DNA from: Auanema rhodensis
Lineage: Eukaryota > Animalia > Nematoda
DNA: 64,000 nt
Assembly: GCA_964057225.1 (NCBI GenBank)
Contig: OZ059896.1
Span: forward strand, 11,656,001-11,720,000
Reading direction: 5' to 3'
Shown: piece by piece, positions 44,074 to 54,500 of the stretch
How positions within the stretch are numbered: the first letter of the stretch is position 1
How the letters are laid out: each line of letters begins with the position of its first letter
Program-made: the position numbers and the translations under genes
Notes under the pieces: model-generated
What the model was told of the DNA's origin: nothing
The model's input: only the letters and a program-made list of their open reading frames with translations
Databases searched by the model: none

Positions 44074-44600
44074 TGTGCTGAAGCACTCTCATCCCGTGAT
44101 AATAGTGTTCCTCCTCAGTTTAAGTTCAATTGTACTTCTTTATTGTCCTCTCTTTGTACTATCCATTATCCTCAACTATCTAATCGATAATCCTGTAAGT
44201 TGTCACCAACGGCCGATTTGCCGATGAATCACCTATCGCCCTTTGCCATCTGATCCATTAGGCAAGATCTTAGGCGCGATAGCCGTCGCCCACTTGCAAG
44301 GGGGATGAATCACGTAGGATTTAGACCCCTCCTCTCGCTTTCTACAATTAATACATTATCTTTCACTTCCGGGGACCTAGTATATAAACCCGCAATAATT
44401 CTTCTAAATCATGTCTCAATATTATTTTGCCACCGCTATCATCTTCCCGTCAATTTATTTCATTTTACTCGTATTGTATTCGTATCGCCGATAATAAACT
44501 CTTCTCTTGTACTCGCGTCTATTGCCTATTACTTGGACTAATATTCCACTACCACTGAACCACAAATGCCCGTTATTCGCTCTCCAACTAGAGGACAAAA
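44074..44600 (+). mobile_element. 3'-clipped LTR of the Bel/Pao element (527 bp), copy 1
   Basis: Starts TGTGCTGAAG and is the reverse complement of the 48028-48560 LTR with a handful of differences. Ends at GGACAAAA, lacking the terminal CGACA. No TSD. Confidence 0.95.
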
Positions 44601-47600
44601 ATTTTATTTAATTCCATATTTTAAACAATTTTATAATTCTACCACTATTTCATAATTTCATTTTTTAAATTTTTAATCATTAAAAAACATATAAATTTCA
44701 ATATTGTGATGATCAAAAACTGAAACATTTAAATATTTTATATTTTCTAAACCATTTCACTCCATCTCTTTTATTTAATTCCATATTTTAAACAATTTCA
44801 TAATTCTACCACTATTTCATAATTTCATTTTTTAAATTTTCAATCATTAAAAAACATATAAATTTCAATATTGTGATGCTCAAAAACTGAAACATTTAAA
44901 TATTTTGTATTTTCTTAACCATTTCACCAAATCTATTTTATTTAATTCCATATTTTAAACAATTTTATAATTCTACCACTATTTCATAATTTCATTCTTT
45001 AAATTTTTAATCATTAAAAAACATATAAATTTCAATATTGTGATGATCAAAAACTGAAACATTTAAATATTTTGTATTTTCTTAACCATTTCACCAAATC
45101 TATTTTATTTAATTCCATATTTTAAACAATTTTATAATTCTACCACTATTTCATAATTTCATTTTTTAATTTTTTAATCATTAAAAAACATATAAATTTC
45201 AATATTGTGATGCTCAAAAACTGAAACATTTAAATATTTTGTATTTTCTTAACCATTTCACTCCATCTCTTTTATTTAATCCCATATTTTAAACAATTTT
45301 ATAATTCTACCACTATTTCATATTTTCATTCTTTAAATTTTTAATCATTAAAAAACATATAAATTTCAATATTGTGATGCTCAAAAACTGAAACATTTAA
45401 ATATTTTGTATTTTCTTAACCATTTCACCAAATCTATTTTATTTAATTCCATATTTTAAACAATTTTATAATTCTACCACTATTTCATAATTTCATTCTT
45501 TAAATTTTTAATCATTAAAAAATATATAAATTTCAATATTGTGATGATCAAAAACTGAAACATTTAAATATTTTGTATTTTCTAAACCATTTCACTAAAT
45601 CTATTTTTTTTAATTCCATATTTTAAACAATTTTATAATTCTACCACTATTTCATAATTTCATTTTTTAATTTTTTAATCATTAAAAAACATATAAATTT
45701 CAATATTGTGATGCTCAAAAACTGAAACATTTAAATATTTTGTATTTTCTTAACCATTTCACTCCATCTCTTTTATTTAATCCCATATTTTAAACAATTT
45801 TTTAATTCTACCACTATTTCATATTTTCATTCTTTAAATTTTTAATCATTAAAAAACATATAAATTTCAATATTGTGATGATCAAAAACTGAAACATTTA
45901 AATATTTTGTATTTTCTTAACCATTTCACCAAATCTATTTTATTCAATTCCATATTTTAAACAATTTTATAATTCTACCACTATTTCATAATTTCATTTT
46001 TTAAATTTTTAATCATTAAAAAACATATAAATTTCAATATTGTGATGCTCAAAAACTGAAACATTTAAATATTTTGTATTTTCTTAACCATTTCACCAAA
46101 TCTATTTTATTTAATTCCATATTTCAAACAATTTTATAATTCTACCACTATTTCATAATTTCATTTTTTAAATTTTTAATCATTAAAAAACATATAAATT
46201 TCAATATTGTGATGCTCAAAAACTGAAACATTTAAATATTTTGTATTTTCTTAACCATTTCACTCCATCTCTTTTATTTAATCCCATATTTTAAACAATT
46301 TTATAATTCTACCACTATTTCATAATTTCATTCTTTAAATTTTTAATCATTAAAAAACATATAAATTTCAATATTGTGATGCTCAAAAACTGAAACATTT
46401 AAATATTTTGTATTTTCTAAACCATTTCACTAAATCTATTTTTTTTAATTCCATATTTTAAACAATTTTATAATTCTACCACTATTTCATAATTTCATTT
46501 TTTAAATTTTTAATCATTAAAAAACATATAAATTTCAATATTGTGATGCTCAAAAACTGAAACATTTAAATATTTTGTATTTTCTTAACCATTTCACTCC
46601 ATCTATTTTATTTAATCCCATATTTTATACAATTTTTTAATTCTACCACAATTTCATAATTTCATTTTTTAAATTTTCAATCATTAAAAAACATTTAAAT
46701 TTTAATATTGTGATGCTCAAAAACTGAAACATTTAAATATTTTGTATTTTCTTAACCATTTCACCAAATCTATTTTTTTTAATTCCATATTTTAAACAAT
46801 TTTATAATTCTACCACTATTTCATAATTTCATTTTTTAAATTTTTAATCATTAAAAAACATATAAATTTCAATATTGTGATGCTCAAAAACTGAAACATT
46901 TAAATATTTTGTATTTTCTTAACCATTTCACTAAATCTGTTTTATTTAATTCCATATTTTAAACAACTTTATAATTCTACCACTATTTCATAATTTCATT
47001 CTTTAAATTTTTAATCATTAAAAAACATATAAATTTCAATATTGTGATGCTCAAAAACTGAAACATTTAAATATTTTGTATTTTCTTAACCATTTCACTC
47101 CATCTCTTTTATTTAATCCCATATTTTAAACAATTTTATAATTCTACCACTATTTCATAATTTCATTCTTTAAATTTTTAATCATTAAAAAACATATAAA
47201 TTTCAATATTGTGATGCTCAAAAACTGAAACATTTAAATATTTTGTATTTTCTAAACCATTTCACTAAACCTATTTTTTTTAATTCCATATTTTAAACAA
47301 TTTTATAATTCTACCACTATTTCATAATTTCATTTTTTAAATTTTTAATCATTAAAAAACATATAAATTTCAATATTGTGATGCTCAAAAACTGGAACAT
47401 TTAAATATTTTGTATTTTCTTAACCATTTCACCAAATCTATTTTATTTAATTCCATATTTTAAACAATTTTATAATTCTACCACTATTTCATAATTTCAT
47501 TCTTTAAATTTTTAATCATTAAAAAACATATAAATTTCAATATTGTGATGATCAAAAACTGAAACATTTAAATATTTTGTATTTTCTAAACCATTTCACT

Positions 47601-48027
47601 AAATCTATTTTTTTTAATTCCATATTTTAAACAATTTTATAATTCTACCACTATTTCATAATTTCATTTTTTAAATTTTTAATCATTAAAAAACATATAA
47701 ATTTCAATATTGTGATGATCAAAACTGAAACATTTAAATATTTTGTATTTTCTTAACCATTTCACTCCATCTCTTTTATTTAATCCCATATTTTAAACAA
47801 TTTTATAATTCTACCACTATTTCATAATTTCATTCTTTAAATTTTTAATCATTAAAAAACATATAAATTTCAATATTGTGATGCTCAAAAACTGAAACAT
47901 TTAAATATTTTGTATTTTCTAAACCATTTCACTAAATCTATTTTTTTTAATTCCATATTTTAAACAATTTTATAATTCTACCACTATTTCATAATTTCAT
48001 TTTTTAAATTTTTAATCATTAAAAAAC

Positions 48028-48560
48028 TGTCGTTTTGTCCTCTAGTTGGAGAGCGAATAACGGGCATTTGTGGTTCAGTGGTAGTGGAATATTAGTCCAA
48101 GTAATAGGCAATAGACGCGAGTACAAGAGAAGAGTTTATTGTCGGCGATACGAATACAATACGAGTAAAATAGCAATAAATTGACGGGAAGATGATAGCG
48201 GTGGCAGGATAATATTGAGACATGATTTAGAAGAATTATTGCGGGTTTATATACTAGGTCCCCGGAAGTGATAGATAATGTATTAATTGTAGAAAGCGAG
48301 AGGAGGGGTCTAAATCCTATGTGATTCATCCTCCTTGCAAGTGGGCGACGGCTATCGCGCCTAAGATCTTGCCTAATGGATCAGATGGCAAAGGGCGATA
48401 GGTGATTCATCGGCAAATCGGCCGTTGGTGACAACTTACAGGATTATCGATTAGATAGTTGAGGATAATGGATAGTACAAAGAGAGGACAATAAAGAAGT
48501 ACAATTGAACTTAAACTAAGGAGGAACACTATTATCACGGGATGAGAGTGCTTCAGCACA
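48028..48560 (-). repeat. 3' LTR (533 bp)
   Basis: No differences seen from 56795-57327. AATAAA on the - strand at 48135-48140. Confidence 0.96.
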
Positions 48561-48572
48561 CTCCGGCCGTCG
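48561..48572 (-). other. Putative plus-strand primer site (PPT position), atypical GACGGCCGGAG
   Basis: Immediately precedes the 3' LTR on the - strand. G-rich but interrupted by C, not a clean purine tract. Confidence 0.5.
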
Positions 48573-48584
48573 AGAAGAGAACAT

Positions 48585-51500
48585 CTATATGGTGATGATC
48601 GCCGCCTGAGTCTTGTTCCTCTTAGTGGGTAGAATTTCTTGTTCCATTTCTTTTCTAGTCTTGATCCTACCGGTAGTCTGCGTTTCCTTAGACACTCTAG
48701 GCTTGGCTTGGATCCCTTTCGCTAGTAGTTCCTTGATCTCTTTCAGTTCTTTCTTTAGCGAGTCGATTTTCCTTTGTTGGTCGAGCTGTTCGATTAGTAC
48801 TGAGGTCATCCTTTTGTTCTCCGATCTCATCTGTTTTAGTTCTTCCAATATTTCTTTGAGCTCCGGCTGCGCTTCTACGACGATGATGTTTCCCTTGGGT
48901 TGAGGACATCCTGGCGCTTCTCCGTCCCTTTTGATGGTAGAGGAGTTGTACGGCATTTTGTCTCCGTTTATCGCTGGGATGTGTTCCCTTTGGATACTCT
49001 TCATCAACTCGTTTAGTCTTCTCTCGTTTCCAAAAGGTTTGAGCTTGTCTTGCTCATTTTGGAACACGTGGTGTGTTCTTGCGGTGTTAAGGAAATCTTT
49101 GAGTCTTATGAAGTTTTTTAAGGCAGTGGCGGCGCTGTTGATGAGATTGGATTTGTCAGAGAGTTCACTTGCCTCAGTTTTGTAAAAATCCCTAAGTGAT
49201 TGATCCATGTGCTGGGTGAGTTCCTTCAAGCATTCAATCCGTTTCTCTCTTGTGAGCTTCAGAAACGAGTCGCATCTTTCTTGTGATCTTTGCAAGACTA
49301 GGTTGATTTCGCAGGCTCTAGTGTTGGCGAGTGACATAGTGAATAGAATGAATACTACTAGGATGTGAGTTTTCCTTGACTTTAGGAGAAGGAGCTGGCG
49401 CCAAAAAATGATAAAGACGCGGAGGGGAATGAGGAAGATGTAACATGTTGCGGCAGCCATGTAGTGGGCGGTGCCTAGTGCTAGTCTGGTAGCGTATGTT
49501 GTAATGATGTAATAGGAAAAGGTAAAAGCGATTATGGCAATGAGTAGACAGGTTGCTAATGCTTTGTACCATTCCTGATAGATGTTGTAAAAGTGGGTAA
49601 TGTCGGGCCAAGAAAAGGTGAAGGCTGTTTCTTGGAGGGACGAGTGATTCCCGTGTATGTAATGAGAGCGTAGGTCTTGAAGTGTGTTGACGTAGTACAG
49701 CATTCCTGAGAGAAGGAATGTGTTTTCTTGTGTTCCGCAGGTGTATGTGCATGTGATCCTAGGTGAGGCTGAGGTGATAGGCAGCTGGATGGAGTTGGTT
49801 GTTCCTTGTGGACTGCATTGTGTCATGAATGCGGATTCACCACATTGTATAGCTGCCAGAGTTGGTTGAGGTGAAGTACATGTGATACTTGCTTGGGCTC
49901 CTCGGTTGCAGTTGTAACATCCGGTTAATGGTGAATCCTGAATGTTGCAATGTGTGGAGTCTTGAGATGAGGAAGTGTGGAATTCCCCGTCGATTTTGAT
50001 GTGGATTACAGTTAACATGTTGCTGTTAATGTTGATCCGTAAGTTTCTTTCCTCGTTCATGATCATGTATGAGGGTGTTAGCATTGGAATAGCTGATTGT
50101 ACGTTGGTAAAGGCTGAGGTGATGGATGTTTCGTGGCACTGGCAGTTGACCTGGTCTTCTGCCGGTGTGCAAACGCAGGTGGGTGTGGCGTTACAGTTCA
50201 TGTTTATAGCGTCTCTTCTGCTCGAGCATGAGAGCATGGGTTGTTGATTCCATATAGCTGTTCTTGTAAGGTTGCGGATGAATTTGTATTGCATCGCAGG
50301 TATGACTGGCGGTGAGAGGCTTGTAATAGTTAGCGTGAATGGATATATGTGCTTCGGAACGTCAGAGTATAGAGTGACGTTTTTGGAGATGGTGGTTGAT
50401 CCGTTTCGGTATGTTAGGCTGAGGTCCGTTGTAGGTGTCCAAGAGTTGCAGTCGTATACTTCATATATCGAGGTATCAGTCGGCTTCTGGTAGGTTCTGT
50501 AGAAAAGACATCCTGATGAAGGGTAAAAACATCCGCATCCTATGCCACCACAGGATTCTGTGCAGTGTGTTGTTCCTGGGTACTGGTTAGCTATGTGAAG
50601 TTCGCTGACAGTTGAGTTTGGGGTGATGTTGCTGCATTTTTCTTCTTGGCATGATCCAGTGTGTGGGCATCTTTTGCTGTCTTGTACGTGAGTCTTTGAT
50701 TCTCTTGTGAAGTAAAGGGACCGAGTCTCACACTTGTAGTTGGTTTTGATCCACTGTATTCTCAAGAAAGAGATATTGTCTTGATTGTTTGATAATGTGA
50801 GGCAGGCTTCTTGAGTGTATGGACTGATGTTGAGATTATGCGTGGTTTGTATGTGGCATTTCTCTTGGATGCAAGTGGACTGTTCGGAGGATGTGATCGC
50901 GAGTTCTTGGCATGAGAAGGTTACTTGTATCAAACTCATCAGAGCTAGGAGTGGTATGGCTGATTTGTGCGGCCTCGGTTGACGTGTGTGTCGGATCGTC
51001 TTGATTATGGTCATTATGATGGTGGTGCATAATCGTATCCAAAGTCGGATTGGTTTTCCTATGACCCATGGTGTGTATAGAATGCCGTAGCATAAGGCTG
51101 TGAGCATGTATGTAAGAAATGTGAGAAGTAGCATTGATGTCCATGGCCAGCAAGATGGATTGAAAAGTGTAGCAGTGCAGAAGGTGCATGTGACAGTGGA
51201 GCAGAAATGTACCGCTGGGCATGTGATCATCATGTGATGAATTCTGGAATTGTGTTGAAAGGTCCAGCTTACGTCGTAGTTGGTTAGGATGTCCGCTGGG
51301 GGAAATATAAGGTTTCCATCGTGGCTGTTGTTATAGCATGTGTTGTGGATGCATACTTGTTGATTGTTTGTCGAGATTCCTTGAATTTGAACTCCTTGGT
51401 AGTTGCAAGATATTGTTGGTGTGGCAGAGATGATGGGTAGAAGTATTGAGAATATTGATAGAAAGGTGAATAGGTTTGTTCTTTGTTCTCCGTACCATAA

Positions 51501-54500
51501 TCTAGGTACGTTCCTTGGATTAGACTGCCTTATTGGTGGGACATCTCTCGAAGGATTAGTGTTTCGTAGTCTTTCAGGAATGTCGTCGTCTGAGAGTTCC
51601 AGCGGATGTAGAAGGTTCACTGGTCGTTTGAGTTCTCTGCCTGATTCTGAAAGAAGCGTGACTTCTCTGGTCTGTCCGTTCTTGTCTGGTGAGATATGTG
51701 TGATTTTTCCAATCGGCCATTTGTACCGAGGTATCGGACTGTCGTTGATGAGTACGTATTGGTCGATTCTTGGCTGTTGATTGGAACCAGCTTTCTTCAC
51801 CGAGATGTTGTTCTTGTGGTGTTCTCTTAACTCTTTGAGGTAGAGTTCGATCCATAACTCCCAGAATTTGTTTGTGCGTTGTCTGGAGGAATGGATGGCT
51901 TTTTCTGTGTCTGCTCTTGTTTGTAAGGCAGGGTTGTCGAGGTATTCTTCGTCGTCATCGTCCGAGTGGAATGAAATGTTCAGGTCCAAGTCTTTGTGAA
52001 TAAAGTCACATGGTCTGATTATTTCATCTGTTCCTGTGTCGGATCCGATGTATGTGAGTGGGCGAGTGTTGAGTGTTGCTTCACATTCAGCTAAGGTGAT
52101 TGACAGTTCTTCGCTTGTTGGTATGTTCTTCATGGTTTTGTGAAGAGAGTCTTTTACTGATCGGATAAGGCGTTCGTAGAATCCTCCTTGCCAGGGGGCG
52201 TAAGGTGTTATGTTGTGCCATTTTATCTTATGGCTATCACCTGTTTGTGTCGTGTTGGCGATGCTGAACAGTCTGTTCGCCACTTTCTGTCCTAGTTCGA
52301 ATGTGGTGGCGTTATCGCAAGTGATGCTTTCCGGATATCCTCTACGTGCCCATATCTTCCTTAGACAGTTAAGAAATGCTTTTGTGGTAAGGTCTTCTAT
52401 AACTTCTAAGTGTAGTAGGCGTGTGACTGTGCAGGTATAGATGCAACCCCATACTTTGTGAGGTTTGTCCTTTACCGTCAGCGGTCCGAAGTAGTCGAGG
52501 CCTATGTGTTGGAATGGTCGGCTTCGGTTGAGTCTTCTGCTGGGTATGTCGCCAGAGGGGGGGTACGTGAATGGTCGGTTGTTCATTCGTTGGCACTCTA
52601 CGCATCTTCGTATGACTGAGATGGTTTGTGAGCGAAGTTGTGGTATCCAGAATTTCTGTCGAACTTCGGCCATGGTGTGTGACGTGCTTTTGTGAAATTG
52701 GTTGTGGACGTGTTCGATAATTAAGGTGGCTGTCCTTGTTTTGGGTAAGACGATGATAGGAAGTTTTGCACTCTCATCTAGTTCACTATTCTGCATTCGT
52801 CCGCGGCTGTGCCAAAGATGATCTTTCAACAGTGGTCTTAAGTCGTTTCGTTGTGCTGCTGTAAGACGTACGAGTAGGTTGTGTTGATGCAGATGGAGAA
52901 GGTTCAGTTCGGCTTCTTCGTAATGTGTCGGTAGTCGTTTCTCTAACAGCGAATAATTCTCTGCGATCCATTTTTCTTGTGCTTGGATCCATGTGTTGCA
53001 GTGTTCTAGCCAGGATTCTTCGTATTCTTCAGATGTCCTAGCTGTATTCACTGTGATTTCTGGTTGAGGTAATGAGAAGAGCGGACCATTAATGGCTTTG
53101 TCAATTTGTGCTTTGGGATTCCACCAGAAATGATTTAGTAGCTCGTCTGTTGTGCAACCTCTTGTGGCAATGTCGGCTGGGTTGTCTTTGGTGTTGATGT
53201 AACCAAAGTATGTCTTGATATCCATATCTTCGATTTGGTCGATGTGGTCGTAGATTTCCTTGATTCTGTTTTGTACTAAGACTCCTGTTGTCTTCTGATC
53301 AGGTTTTCGTCTTATCCATGCTAACGTTATTTCTGAGTCCGATAAAAATGTTGTAGACAAGATTTTGATGTTGTCTTTCATTTCTTTGATGATTTTGTTG
53401 GTGTTTGTGACACCTACTGTGAGAGCTGATATTTCTGCTTTCGGGATGGTGATGTTGGAGTTCTTTGAGTGTAGCTTGGATTTAGCGAAGATCAAGGTAG
53501 GTATGCGTGATGTGGCTGCCAGGAGGTATGTGCAGAATCCTAGGGCTGATCCGCTAGAATCTGTGCAGGTAACTAAGTGGTACTGTTGATTCGGATCTTC
53601 TGGTAGGGCTCGTTGCTGAGTTTTGTTGAAGTTGAAGTTTTCGGCTAGTGTATGCCATGTTTTTTGGTGTTCTTCAGGCAACGTAGTGTCCCAGTCGTAA
53701 TTCTCTGTCCATAGATTCTGTAGGAAGAGTCGTAGTGGGTGTAGGCATGGACTTATCAAACCCATGGGGTCAAAGATCGATGCAATGGCTTGTGTAATAC
53801 CACGTTTGGTCAGTTTTGTTTCTGGAAGCTTGGTTTGGATGATCCATTGGTCCGTTTCTGTGTCCCATGGTAATCCAAGAACTTTTGGTTTTGCTGAGGT
53901 GTTTTTCTCCTCTAGTAGTAGGTTTTTGTTGAAGTCCGGACTGTTCGTTATGAATTCTTGTAGTGTCATGTTCATTTCTGCGAATATGTCCTTTGTTTCT
54001 TGGTATCCCAGTTTGAGGTCTTCTTCTGAGTTTGTGGCAAGTAATAGGTTGTCCACGTAAAGGTTCTCTTTAATTTGGTGGGCTAGGAAGTTTTCGTTGC
54101 TTCTTTGTTCCAGATGATGACGAATTGTGGCTGCGAGGAGAAATGGCGAGGCATTGATTCCAAAGGGAACTCTACAGAAGCGTAGGGTTCTTGTATTTTC
54201 GGTGCTCATTGGTTTGGAGATATCTCTCAGCCAAAAGAATCTTGTAGCGTCACGTTCTGACTCGTGGAGTCTTATTTGAAGAAATGCTTTCTTTACGTCT
54301 GCTATCAGTGCCATTTTCCCGCAGCGGAAGCGTAAAATCATTCCTACTAGTGATGGTAGGATTAGTGGTCCTTGATGGATGACGTCGTTCAGACTGGGTC
54401 TGTTCTGGTAGTGTCCGGAAGCGTCGTATACTATCCTTAGTTTGGTTGTTTCCTTTTGTGGGGTCAGAACTGCTTGATGAGCAATGTAGTGTATCGTTTG

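Noticed and set aside
44305-44541. 78-84 aa ORFs repeated in each LTR (also 48075, 56842, 58727, 60338, 61949)
   Set aside because: They span the TATA box, change frame between LTR variants through a 1-bp indel and have no motif. Recurrence simply reflects LTR copies.
44567-44656. Chimeric 29-aa ORF from the LTR ATG into satellite (MPVIRSPTRGQKFYLIPYFKQFYNSTTIS)
   Set aside because: By-product of the deletion junction; no evidence of translation or function.
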